Notes under the pieces: generated by a model
Told to the model about the DNA's origin: nothing
Seen by the model: the letters and a program-made list of their open reading frames with translations, nothing else
The model's database searches: none
Source of the DNA: Candidatus Parcubacteria bacterium
Lineage (GTDB): Bacteria > Patescibacteriota > Minisyncoccia > Phycocordibacterales > CAIZLB01
Length of the DNA: 48,264 nucleotides
Assembly: GCA_039795875.1 (NCBI GenBank)
Contig: JBDKKY010000003.1
Span: 1 to 48,264, forward strand
Direction of reading: 5' to 3'
In this document: piece after piece, positions 37,570 to 47,463 of the stretch
Numbering within the stretch: the stretch's first letter is position 1
How the letters are laid out: the number at the start of each line of letters is the position of its first letter
Translations under genes and position numbers: made by a program

Positions 37570-39372
37570 ATGCAGACATATATCAGCCGCGCACGAATAA
37601 TTTCTCTCCTTTTCATTTGTGGCGGGATTTTTTTGATTACTAAGCTGTATATTTTACAAGTTGCACGTCATGAAGTATATCGAGACCTTGCCGACAGACA
37701 ATATGTAAAGAAGAACAATGTGCCTGAAGACCGTGGATCTATATTTTTTACACTGAAGGATGGGACAGCTATCCCGGCAGCGACAATGAAGACTTATTAT
37801 ACGCTGTATATTAATGCAAAATCGTTGGATACCCAGATCAAAGCTGATAAATACACTAGTATCGGAGGACAAGTGCTGTCTGAAGTATCAGCTGTTCTGC
37901 CAGACCTGGAAGCCCGTCTCAAGAAGATACTGGACAACACTGCCACCAGTACTAGCGGGCAGCCATTGGTTCAAGTCAATCAAATGCACGAGGTGGCGGA
38001 GCGTATAAGCAGCACATACACTGAGTTGTACAAAAATCTAGATGAAGCACAAGTAGAACAAATTCAAAAATTAAACTTTAATTTCTTAGGGCTAGTAAAA
38101 GACAAAAAACGATATTACCCTGGAGGAGATTTGGCCTCACATGTTATCGGTCTTTTGGGATACAAAGGAGATGAATTGGCTGGACGATATGGGTTAGAAA
38201 AATTTTACCAAGCCAACCTGATGCGTAAAGAGTCGGCGTACACCAATTTCTTCGCTGATATTTTTTCAGGAGCTAAAAAGATGATTTCTGATACTGAGAA
38301 GTTTGAGGGCGATATATATACAACTATCGAGCCAGTAGTACAAAAAGAGTTGCAAAAAACAATTTCTCATATTCATCAAGATCAAAGCTCAGAACTTACT
38401 GGAGCGGTAGTTATGGACCCGTACACAGGCGAGATCTTGGCTATGGCAGAAGTTCCAAGTTTCAATCCTGAACAGACGAAGAACGTGAAGGACATCACGG
38501 TGTACAATAACGATATTGTCGACAGTGCTCATGAGATGGGATCTATTATCAAGCCATTAACCATGGCAGTAGGTATTGATACTGGTAAAGTTCATGCTGA
38601 ATCGACATATACTGACGAAGGATTCATCAAAGTTCGAGATCGAACCATGTATAACTTCGACAAAAAAGGTCGGGGGACTATCACAATGCAAACCGCTTTG
38701 TCACAGTCATTGAACACTGGTTTTGTGCATGTGGCTCAATTGGTGGGCAATGACGCCATGACCAAGTATTTTTATAAATTTGGTCTCGGTGAAAAAACTA
38801 TGATTGATTTACCTGATGAGTCGGCGCCGTTGACTCAAAACCTTAAGAAAGGAGATGTGGAACATGCCACCGCTTCATTTGGACAGGGTATTGCTATGAC
38901 GCCGCTTGGTACCATCCGGGCTTTGGCAGTTATTGCTAACGGTGGATATCTGGTTCAGCCACACGTGGTAAGCAAGATCAAATATTCGATTGGTACTGAA
39001 AAAACAATTGAGGTTTCTAAATTTAATAAAGACGACCAAATACTCAAAGATGATACCGCTGATGAAGTTCGACGCATGCTCGTCTATAACGTTGATAACA
39101 CACTATTGAATGGAAAGGGAAAGAATCCGCGGTACTCTATTGCTGCTAAGACTGGAACAGCCCAGATTGCTTCACCAAACGGCGGCTACTATCAAGATAG
39201 AAATATTCACACATTCATTGGATTTTTCCCAGCCTACAAACCCAAGGTGATAGTATTTATTTACACAGTTTGGCCAAAAAATGCCCAGTTCGCCTCAGAA
39301 TCATTAGCCAAATCATTTCTTGACTTAAGTAGCTTTTTGATCCAGTACTACGAGATTGCCCCAGACAGATAG
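37570..39372 (+). CDS. ftsI: Class B penicillin-binding protein (FtsI-like)
   Basis: RGSI, RYYP, GLE, SIIK (SxxK), SLN (SxN), KTG; dcw position. Confidence 0.85.
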   Translation: MQTYISRARIISLLFICGGIFLITKLYILQVARHEVYRDLADRQYVKKNNVPEDRGSIFFTLKDGTAIPAATMKTYYTLYINAKSLDTQIKADKYTSIGGQVLSEVSAVLPDLEARLKKILDNTATSTSGQPLVQVNQMHEVAERISSTYTELYKNLDEAQVEQIQKLNFNFLGLVKDKKRYYPGGDLASHVIGLLGYKGDELAGRYGLEKFYQANLMRKESAYTNFFADIFSGAKKMISDTEKFEGDIYTTIEPVVQKELQKTISHIHQDQSSELTGAVVMDPYTGEILAMAEVPSFNPEQTKNVKDITVYNNDIVDSAHEMGSIIKPLTMAVGIDTGKVHAESTYTDEGFIKVRDRTMYNFDKKGRGTITMQTALSQSLNTGFVHVAQLVGNDAMTKYFYKFGLGEKTMIDLPDESAPLTQNLKKGDVEHATASFGQGIAMTPLGTIRALAVIANGGYLVQPHVVSKIKYSIGTEKTIEVSKFNKDDQILKDDTADEVRRMLVYNVDNTLLNGKGKNPRYSIAAKTGTAQIASPNGGYYQDRNIHTFIGFFPAYKPKVIVFIYTVWPKNAQFASESLAKSFLDLSSFLIQYYEIAPDR

Positions 39373-39445
39373 TGATTTTTTATAAGAATTGTGTTACGAT
39401 AAGTCCTTATTGCTATTAAAATTTCTATTAAAAACAAATAAATTT

Positions 39446-40807
39446 ATGAATGAAAGAAAATCAAAAATCGTAGCCAAAATTGCAGATAACAACTGCGAGC
39501 CTGAATATATCGCAAAACTGGTAGATGCAGGTGTTGATGTTATGTGGTTAAATACTGCCCATCAAGACGAAGACGGTGCAACAGGGTGTATCAATCGTAT
39601 TCATGGCGTAACAGACAAGATGTCTATTTTGTTGGATACAAAAGGTCCAGAGACTCGAACAAAAAATGTAGAGACTCCTCTTGAGCTGAAAGCTGGTGAC
39701 CATGTGGTTTTTTCAGGTGACCTAGAATATAAAGGTGAAGATGTTATTGGTGTAGACTATCCAAATTTCCACAATGAAATTCCAGTAGGAGAACTCATCA
39801 CATATGATGATAACTCAATCGCTTTTACCGTCGTGGAAGTCGTTGATCGTGGCATAAAATGTGTTGTAAAAAATGGGGGAATTGTAAAAACTAAGAAAAG
39901 CCTAAACATCCCAAATGTGCATATAAACCTTCCATCACTTACTCCAAAAGATGTGGGCTTTGTACATTTTTCAGCTAAAAACAATGTCGATTTTATCATT
40001 CACTCATTTGTACGAAATGTACAAGATTTAAATGATATTAAAGAAATTCTAAAAGCGTATCCTGATTATAAAGGAAAGATTATTGCCAAGATCGAAAATC
40101 GAGAAGGATTCAATAATCGAGATGTCATTCTAGATAATTGCGACGGTTTGATGGTTGCGCGAGGAGATCTTATGGCTGAAGTTCCACTAGAAGAACTCCC
40201 ATATATGCAGAAGAAAATGGTTGAATCAACTTTGAAGAAAGGAAAGTATTGTATTGTGGCTACTCAAGTGCTGAAGAGTATGGTTAAGAACCCAAGTCCA
40301 ACTCGAGCGGAAGTGTGTGATATTGGAAATGCAGTTTTGGATGGAACACACGCCATTTCAATGAGTGATGAGACAGCTTTTGGTGATTATCCTCTGGAAG
40401 CTACAAACGTGATGTCACGAGTTATGAAATATACAGAAGACAAACGAGATGAACTAGTACACTTTACAACTGTTCCAGAAGTTGCAACAGCAGAATTTGC
40501 GTTTGCCAAAGAGATTGTCGCTGCTGCAGATAAGTCAGGTGTAAAAGCAATCGTTACCGCCATCTCACGAGATGCCAACAAAGCCATTTCAGCTTATCAT
40601 CCAAAGTCAATTATTATCGCTGGAGCTACTGATATCATGGATTACCGAAACATGACTCTTGGATATGCTATTCGACCAGTTATGGCTTCAACAATCAAAG
40701 ATGTAGTTGCCGCCGCAGGTCTTGCGGATGTAGACGCAGTGATGGTATGTGAAGAGATCGACGGAAAATTGATCTCTCGAGAAGCAAAAGTTTCCGAATT
40801 GCGATAA
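39446..40807 (+). CDS. pyk: Pyruvate kinase (divergent)
   Basis: LLDTKGPE, HSFVR, IIAKIEN, MVARGDL, PTRAEV, ETAFGDYP. Confidence 0.85.
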   Translation: MNERKSKIVAKIADNNCEPEYIAKLVDAGVDVMWLNTAHQDEDGATGCINRIHGVTDKMSILLDTKGPETRTKNVETPLELKAGDHVVFSGDLEYKGEDVIGVDYPNFHNEIPVGELITYDDNSIAFTVVEVVDRGIKCVVKNGGIVKTKKSLNIPNVHINLPSLTPKDVGFVHFSAKNNVDFIIHSFVRNVQDLNDIKEILKAYPDYKGKIIAKIENREGFNNRDVILDNCDGLMVARGDLMAEVPLEELPYMQKKMVESTLKKGKYCIVATQVLKSMVKNPSPTRAEVCDIGNAVLDGTHAISMSDETAFGDYPLEATNVMSRVMKYTEDKRDELVHFTTVPEVATAEFAFAKEIVAAADKSGVKAIVTAISRDANKAISAYHPKSIIIAGATDIMDYRNMTLGYAIRPVMASTIKDVVAAAGLADVDAVMVCEEIDGKLISREAKVSELR

Positions 40808-40839
40808 AGTAAACCTCAATTTTCCCTAAAGAAAGTCTT

Positions 40840-40865
40840 AAGAACTGGCCTCAGCCGGTTCTTTT
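40840..40865 (+). terminator. Intrinsic terminator
   Basis: AAGAACTGGC-ctca-GCCGGTTCTT-TT. Confidence 0.75.
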
Positions 40866-40896
40866 GATGTTTGACACAGATGATATAATTACTTCC

Positions 40897-41709
40897 ATGC
40901 CAACCTCATCCATAAAAACAAAAAAGAATACGCCGATCGTATCTCCCTATGTTCAGATGAACCATGGAGATATTATGATGATTGAAGAATCACCGGTGTA
41001 TGGAACTACTCAAGCTTTACCTCAAAAATCATACATCTTAAAAATCAAGGACATTCCGACCTACGACAAGCCCCGAGAAAAGTTGATGACTCTTGGTCCC
41101 AATGCCTTAAGTTTGGTTGAGCTTTTATCTATTGTCTTAGGAACAGGTACCAAAAAAGAAGACGTCATGAGTATTGCCTCACGAGTAGTGTATGAGTATG
41201 GAAAAAGTGCATTGTCGAGCACTGATAGAACAGCAACCCAATTGGCCAAAGATTTAGACATTCCTCTAATAAAAGCCTGTCAGATTGTTGCGGCCGGAGA
41301 GATGGGTCGCCGACTATTTAGTAAAAATATAAGCGGCTTAGCTACTATTCGAACACCAGAAGACGTGTACGAATACACAAAAGACATGCACTCACTGCCA
41401 AAAGAACAGCTCCGGGGTTTGTATTTAGATACACATCATAAAGTGATTCACGACGAAGTGTTGTCCATTGGTACTATTAACGCCAGCATGGTTCATCCAC
41501 GTGAAGTTTTTAAACCTGCTATTGAGTATGGTGCAGCGGCACTGATCTTAGTTCACAATCATCCATCAGGTGTCAGTACTCCCAGTGAGTCAGATAAAAA
41601 GATCACAGAGCAGATTGTTGCTGCCGGCAAAGTGTTGGGTATCAATATCTTGGATCACGTCATTGTGACTCGAGACGGTTTTGCCAGTGTGCCAGTTGAT
41701 TATCAGTGA
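40897..41709 (+). CDS. radC: RadC (JAB/MPN domain) protein
   Basis: KPREKL, VHPREVF, HNHPSG...PSESD, LDHVIV. Confidence 0.93.
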   Translation: MPTSSIKTKKNTPIVSPYVQMNHGDIMMIEESPVYGTTQALPQKSYILKIKDIPTYDKPREKLMTLGPNALSLVELLSIVLGTGTKKEDVMSIASRVVYEYGKSALSSTDRTATQLAKDLDIPLIKACQIVAAGEMGRRLFSKNISGLATIRTPEDVYEYTKDMHSLPKEQLRGLYLDTHHKVIHDEVLSIGTINASMVHPREVFKPAIEYGAAALILVHNHPSGVSTPSESDKKITEQIVAAGKVLGINILDHVIVTRDGFASVPVDYQ

Positions 41710-41729
41710 TTTCAGAGTATAGTACTTCT

Positions 41730-42416
41730 ATGAAGGGAAAACTATACATTGTGGCAACTCCTATCGGAAATGCTGGAGATATAACCTTACGCGCTATTGA
41801 GACATTGAAAATAGTTGATGTTATTTGTGCTGAAGATACACGGGTAACTAAAAAGCTTTTATCAATGTATAAGATTGAAGATAAAAAAGTTTACGCTGTT
41901 AATGAATTTGCTGATGCCGGTAAAATCAAACATGTACTTGATGCTCTCGACGGAGGCAAGGATGTAGCCTTTTCATCAGACGCTGGAACACCTGGGATCT
42001 CTGACCCTGGAGCCTTGCTTGTCGCAGAAGCTCGTAAAGTTGGCATTACCATCGTACCGATTCCTGGAGTGTCTGCTGTGGCTACAGCCATGTCAGTTGC
42101 TGGCATCCGAGAGACCCCGTTTACATTTTATGGATTTTTGCCACACAAAAAGGGTAGACAAAAGATTTTGGATACACTCTTGGCACAAGAACACAGTATC
42201 ATACTGTATGAGTCTCCTCACCGTTTTCTGAAGCTATTGGCAGAATTACAGGAGCGAGTGGTGGCAGGAGTACAACTTGAAGTCACTGTCTGTCGAGAAT
42301 TAACCAAAATGTATGAAGATATACGAGTTGGGGCGCCAGCTGAACTTATTGAGTATTATACCGACCATGGAGATCAGGTGAGGGGTGAATTTGTTTTAAT
42401 AATTCGCAAGATCTAG
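41730..42416 (+). CDS. rsmI: 16S rRNA Cm1402 2'-O-methyltransferase
   Basis: LYIVATPIGN, AEDTR, SDAGTPGISDPG, YESPHR, RELTK. Confidence 0.96.
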   Translation: MKGKLYIVATPIGNAGDITLRAIETLKIVDVICAEDTRVTKKLLSMYKIEDKKVYAVNEFADAGKIKHVLDALDGGKDVAFSSDAGTPGISDPGALLVAEARKVGITIVPIPGVSAVATAMSVAGIRETPFTFYGFLPHKKGRQKILDTLLAQEHSIILYESPHRFLKLLAELQERVVAGVQLEVTVCRELTKMYEDIRVGAPAELIEYYTDHGDQVRGEFVLIIRKI

Positions 42417-42429
42417 TATGATAAAGGTA

Positions 42430-43629
42430 ATGCGTGATTCTGCATTTCCAATAAAAACAATCATTGGCCTTATCGTCGGGCTGTTTTTATTATTTCTAGG
42501 TATTACATACACTGGTACAGGTTCACTTAAACCGATTAGAGAACACATTCTCGACAATACAGAGGTCAAGGGTATGGTAACTGAAGAACCTACTCCTGTT
42601 ATCGAGGAAGTACCGGTTATGCAACATGTCAAAACGCCAGAGAATGTTCGCGGAGTATATGTCAGTGCCTATAGTTTTATGAGTGATAGTTTTCGTACAC
42701 GCCTTGACACCATGATTGACAATACAACCGTCAACAGTATTGTTGTTGATATTAAAGATGCACCCGGAACTATTATGTTTGACATTGGTCTGGACACTCC
42801 ATGTGTGAAAGCGTCACTGTCAAAAGCGGGAGTAGAATCCAATATAAAACACTATCATGAAAAAGGTATATACGTGATTGCTCGTATCGCGGTGTTTCGT
42901 GATGAGTGTTATGTAAAAAATAATCTAGAATTGGCGGTCCAAGACAAGGTGGGCAATCCATGGAGAGACAATGGTGGACATTATTGGCTCGCACCACACG
43001 AACAACAGACTCGGGAGTACATACGAGATATTGCTAAAGCGGTGTTTGATCGAGGCTTCGATGAGATACAGCTTGATTATATTCGCTATCCATCTGATGG
43101 AAACATGGCAAATCTGAAATATGAGTACACGGATACTATTGCTGCCAGTTCAACCTTGATGGAAAAGCGACGAGCAACAATACATGAATTTGTCGGATAC
43201 ATGCGCAGTGAATTAAAAGATATTCCGTTATCAACCGATATATTTGGTATGGTTTTGACCAATACAGACGATCTGACCATCGGACAACATCTTGATGATT
43301 TTGTGCCGCAGGTAGATTTTATCTCACCGATGATTTATCCTTCTCATTTTCCAAAACAGTGGAATGGTATTGCTGATCCCAATAAGAGTCCCTATCAGAC
43401 TATTTACGATTCGACAGCCCAAGGTCTGGCGCGTATGAATATCGCTGTTGGATCATCAACTGCCAAACAGATGATGCGACCTTGGTTACAAGATTTTAGC
43501 CTATATGGAGTTGTATACAATGCACCGGAAGTTAAAGCTCAGATTAAAGCTTTGGCTGATCTAGGGGTGCAGAGTTATATACTTTGGAATGCTTCCAATC
43601 GGTATACTCCGGGTGTAATGAACAAATAG
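42430..43629 (+). CDS. Putative glycoside hydrolase (DUF4015-like TIM barrel), membrane anchored
   Basis: VVDIKD, IARIAVFRD, GFDEIQLDYIRYP, SPMIYPSH, RPWLQDF, LWNASNRY. Confidence 0.82.
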   Translation: MRDSAFPIKTIIGLIVGLFLLFLGITYTGTGSLKPIREHILDNTEVKGMVTEEPTPVIEEVPVMQHVKTPENVRGVYVSAYSFMSDSFRTRLDTMIDNTTVNSIVVDIKDAPGTIMFDIGLDTPCVKASLSKAGVESNIKHYHEKGIYVIARIAVFRDECYVKNNLELAVQDKVGNPWRDNGGHYWLAPHEQQTREYIRDIAKAVFDRGFDEIQLDYIRYPSDGNMANLKYEYTDTIAASSTLMEKRRATIHEFVGYMRSELKDIPLSTDIFGMVLTNTDDLTIGQHLDDFVPQVDFISPMIYPSHFPKQWNGIADPNKSPYQTIYDSTAQGLARMNIAVGSSTAKQMMRPWLQDFSLYGVVYNAPEVKAQIKALADLGVQSYILWNASNRYTPGVMNK

Positions 43630-43651
43630 TCTTCGTGCTATAATAACCGTT

Positions 43652-44275
43652 ATGTTCCATCACTATATTGATGCTGCTCTGAACTATGCTCAATCAGGAT
43701 CTACTGCCTTAACAGACTATTTGTATATCATTGTGTTTTTGGCTGCTTTGATCGAATCGACTCCTGTTCTTGGCACATTAACACCAGGAACTTTGTTTTT
43801 TTTGTTCTTTGGATATAGTGCTTCTATCACTGGTACGAACTTGGCCATGATTATTTTGATCGCCGGCATCGGAGCCGCTGTAGGGGATATTGGAGGATAT
43901 GTTTTGGGAAAATATGGCAGTGGATGGATGATTCGCAACAAAAAGATACTTAAGGAGGTGCATATAGAGCAAGGACGACGTTTTTTTAGTCGGCACGGCG
44001 GTAAAAGTATATTACTGGGCCGATTTGTTGGTCCGATCAGACCGATTGTGCCATTGATCGCAGGTAGTATTCGGATGAACTTTCAGACGTTCTTGTTTTG
44101 GAATATTGTAGGGGCCTTTGCCTGGGCTGCTTTATATATGGTTTTGGGGTATTTCTTTGGTACATATGCCAGAGAGATTGAGAAATACGTTTCCGAAGCT
44201 AGTATTATCATGGTTATAGTACTTGCAATTATTGGCTATTCTATGTATAGAAGATATAAAAATCATGCGGAGTAA
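43652..44275 (+). CDS. DedA family membrane protein
   Basis: IES...PG, GDIGGYVLG, GRFVGPIR, AGSIRM. Confidence 0.9.
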   Translation: MFHHYIDAALNYAQSGSTALTDYLYIIVFLAALIESTPVLGTLTPGTLFFLFFGYSASITGTNLAMIILIAGIGAAVGDIGGYVLGKYGSGWMIRNKKILKEVHIEQGRRFFSRHGGKSILLGRFVGPIRPIVPLIAGSIRMNFQTFLFWNIVGAFAWAALYMVLGYFFGTYAREIEKYVSEASIIMVIVLAIIGYSMYRRYKNHAE

Positions 44276-46508
44276 CAACAAATTCATTTTAAAACATACC
44301 CATGTTCCAAAAGGGGATCAGCCTGATGCTATCAAAAAGATAGTAGCGGGGATAAAGGCTGGCATGGATAAACAAACTCTCCTTGGCGCCACTGGTACCG
44401 GTAAGACTTTTACTATGGCCAATGTGATCGCGGATATACAGCGACCGACGTTGGTGATCGCACACAACAAAACCTTGGCGGCCCAGCTGGCACAAGAGTT
44501 TAAAGAATTTTTCCCTGACAACGCGGTGCACTATTTCGTATCATATTATGACTATTATCAACCTGAGGCGTATATTTCCTCAAGTGATACATATATAGAG
44601 AAAGAGGCGCAGATCAATGAAGAGATTGATCGCCTTCGCCATGCCAGTACTCAAGCCTTGTTGACTAGACGAGACGCTATTATTGTTGCTTCAGTCTCGT
44701 GTATATATGGTTTAGGTTCGCCAGTAGAATATGAAAAAGTTAATTTTTTGATGAAAAAGGGAATGAAAATTGATCGTGGAGAAATTGTTCGCCGATTGAT
44801 CGGCATGCATTTTTCTCGAACCATGGCCGACCTGACCCCGGGTACCGTGCGAGCCCTTGGTAACACTCTGGAGATTATGCCGATACAAGAGCGAGTGATT
44901 ATCCGAGTTCTATTTGAAGGAGATAAGATCGGTCGTATCGAATTGATCGATCATATCACTCGATCTATTTCCAATCCAGATGTAGAGAGCCTGTTCATTT
45001 TCCCAGCTAAACACTTTGTAACGCCGGAAGAGGATCGTCTACGGGCGGTTGAAGATATTAAAAAAGAATTGACTGATAGACTTGAGACATTGCAAAGACA
45101 AGGCAAAGTCATCGAATACGAACGACTAAAACGGCGGACAAACTATGACTTGGCTCTTATCCGCGAGGTTGGATATTGTAATGGTATAGAAAACTATTCC
45201 CGACATTTTTCAGGTAAGGGAGAGGGTGAGGCCCCTGATACGCTGATTTCGTATTTTCCAGATGATTTTTTAACTATTATTGACGAATCACATGTAACGG
45301 TTCCACAGCTCAATGGCATGTATGCTGGCGACGCGTCACGAAAAAAGAATCTTATTGATTTTGGATTTCGATTGCCATCAGCTGCTGATAATCGTCCATT
45401 AAAATTTGCTGAGTTTGAAGCTAAAGTAGGGCAGACTGTATATGTATCAGCGACTCCGGGTCCGTATGAACTGGCTCAATCAGAAAAAACTCAAGTAGTG
45501 CAACAGATCATTCGCCCAACGGGCTTGATTGATCCTGTTCTAGACGTCCGGCCTGTCGCGGCAACCGCTGAATATGTTGGGCAGATCTATGACTTTATTG
45601 CCGAAGTAGAAAAGAATACTGCAAATGGAGAACGAACTCTTGCTACTACACTGACAAAAAAGATGGCTGAGGATTTGAGTGAGTTTTTAAAAGAAAAAGG
45701 AATTAAGACAAGATATTTGCACAGTGACGTGGAGACATTGGAGCGTATCCAGATCCTGACGGAGTTGCGAAAAGGAGAATTTGATGTATTGGTTGGTGTA
45801 AACTTACTTCGAGAAGGTTTGGATTTGCCGGAAGTATCTTTGATCGGTATCCTCGATGCTGACAAAGAAGGCTTTTTGCGTTCGAAGACGGCGTTGATAC
45901 AGACTATTGGTCGAGCAGCACGAAACGTGAACGGTCGAGTGATTTTGTATGCAGATAACATAACAAATTCACTTCGTGGTGCTATGGAAGAAACCGAGCG
46001 ACGAAGAATTATTCAACTGGCTTACAACGAAAAGCACGGTATCACTCCTCAGACTATTAAAAAGACCATTCATGATATTACCGAAGCGATTGAGAATGCA
46101 CACGAAAAAAGTGTCCGAGAGGATATTATTCTTGACATGGGTATTGACAGTTTGGATGATATTAAAAAAATGAAACCTAAGGAAGTCCAAAAGAAAGTTA
46201 AGGCGGTGATCAAGAAAAAAGATATAGAAATGAATCTAGCTGTTAAGCAATTGGATTTTGAGACAGCGGCACTCTTGCGTGATGAGATCAAGGCCTTGGC
46301 CAATATTTTAAATGATTCAGAAAATCCAAAAGTGAAAAAGAGGAAGAATGCCTATGATGATATGTCTAAGCAGGGAGATAAGAAGGCCGAAGCAAAGATG
46401 CCAAAGAAGGACGAGAAACATCTGATCAATGTACAGTTTGGACGCCAAGGAGCGGTGAAGAAGATCAAAGATAAGGGCAATAAAATGGGTCCAAAAATAG
46501 CCGAATAA
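44265..46508 (+). CDS. uvrB: Excinuclease ABC subunit B
   Basis: GATGTGKT, YYDYYQPEAY, IDESH, NLLREGLD, QTIGRAARN, LDFETAA. Confidence 0.98.
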   Translation: MRSNNKFILKHTHVPKGDQPDAIKKIVAGIKAGMDKQTLLGATGTGKTFTMANVIADIQRPTLVIAHNKTLAAQLAQEFKEFFPDNAVHYFVSYYDYYQPEAYISSSDTYIEKEAQINEEIDRLRHASTQALLTRRDAIIVASVSCIYGLGSPVEYEKVNFLMKKGMKIDRGEIVRRLIGMHFSRTMADLTPGTVRALGNTLEIMPIQERVIIRVLFEGDKIGRIELIDHITRSISNPDVESLFIFPAKHFVTPEEDRLRAVEDIKKELTDRLETLQRQGKVIEYERLKRRTNYDLALIREVGYCNGIENYSRHFSGKGEGEAPDTLISYFPDDFLTIIDESHVTVPQLNGMYAGDASRKKNLIDFGFRLPSAADNRPLKFAEFEAKVGQTVYVSATPGPYELAQSEKTQVVQQIIRPTGLIDPVLDVRPVAATAEYVGQIYDFIAEVEKNTANGERTLATTLTKKMAEDLSEFLKEKGIKTRYLHSDVETLERIQILTELRKGEFDVLVGVNLLREGLDLPEVSLIGILDADKEGFLRSKTALIQTIGRAARNVNGRVILYADNITNSLRGAMEETERRRIIQLAYNEKHGITPQTIKKTIHDITEAIENAHEKSVREDIILDMGIDSLDDIKKMKPKEVQKKVKAVIKKKDIEMNLAVKQLDFETAALLRDEIKALANILNDSENPKVKKRKNAYDDMSKQGDKKAEAKMPKKDEKHLINVQFGRQGAVKKIKDKGNKMGPKIAE

Positions 46509-46514
46509 TTCATG

Positions 46515-46550
46515 AAGTGGATAACTCAGAGGTTGTCCACTTTTGATTTT
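46515..46550 (+). terminator. Hairpin/terminator made of two inverted DnaA-box-like sequences
   Basis: AAGTGGATAAC-tcagag-GTTGTCCACTT then T-rich. Confidence 0.6.
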
Positions 46551-46660
46551 TGTGGTATATAATACCTGGGTGCAATTGAGCACCTTTTCACTTTCCCTCG
46601 GTAGGGAGGGTGGAATCTTTGAATACGAAACACCACAACTCCAAAAAACTATCTGTCTGT

Positions 46661-47419
46661 ATGCATCAAAAAAGATTGCAAACTATCGTTACCTCGTTAC
46701 TGTTGACCCACGGTGGTCTCGCTTGCTGTCTCGCTGGCCTCGAAGGCGGCGGCAAAAGTACTGCAGCCACCGCACTGAGTGAGGCCTGTCCTGACTTAGT
46801 CCGAGTGGTCTATGTCAGTAAGGCTTTGGCCACACACTGTGAATTCCTTGAGACTGGCCCCGGTCGTCATGGCCGTGCAACGAAAGCTCTCATCAGGGAA
46901 GTCCGTGCCAAAATGGAGGCCAGGGACAAGAACATTGATCCTCAGTTTCTGAAGGCCGCACTACACAGGGCTCTGATGGCTGTGATCGGCAAAGAAATGG
47001 GCGAAGGAGAAAGCCCTAACCTCTTTGTCCTTATTGACGGTTATCCCCGTCTCAAAGAACAGGCTGATGAGGCACCGGCTGTACTGGGGGGCTTCTTTCC
47101 CAACCACCCAGCTCTTATCCTCGAGGTCGGTTGTGATCAAGAAGAAGCGTTCAGGCGTGCCACAAGCCGTGGTGGTGATTGGAACAGTCCTTCAAACATC
47201 ACCCGTTCCCATCTCGAATTCAACCAACGTATGCCCGATGTCCGTTCGGCTGCTACTCGCTGGTCAGACCACATCATGATCTCCAGTGATGGTCCGCAGG
47301 ATGAAACCTTGGCCCAACTGGCGGACCGGTTGGAAGAGTATTCTGCCCGCATCGCCACTGGAGGGTTCAAAAAACCTGATCCGGCGCTGATGATTCAAGG
47401 CATTCTGGCTAACGTATAA
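46661..47419 (+). CDS. Divergent adenylate/NMP-kinase-like P-loop protein (cassette-like unit)
   Basis: GLEGGGKST P-loop and LIDGYPR motif. GC-rich, with own promoter (TATAAT 46558-46563) and terminator. Confidence 0.72.
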   Translation: MHQKRLQTIVTSLLLTHGGLACCLAGLEGGGKSTAATALSEACPDLVRVVYVSKALATHCEFLETGPGRHGRATKALIREVRAKMEARDKNIDPQFLKAALHRALMAVIGKEMGEGESPNLFVLIDGYPRLKEQADEAPAVLGGFFPNHPALILEVGCDQEEAFRRATSRGGDWNSPSNITRSHLEFNQRMPDVRSAATRWSDHIMISSDGPQDETLAQLADRLEEYSARIATGGFKKPDPALMIQGILANV

Positions 47420-47463
47420 CCGCCCTCATCACCAACCCAGCATTCCCACCCAAAAAACCAATA

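Noticed and set aside
40897-41709. RadC/JAB gene as marker of a mobile element or CBASS-type defence system
   Set aside because: Full-length chromosomal RadC type with N-terminal PREKL region, flanked by housekeeping genes and no defence partners.
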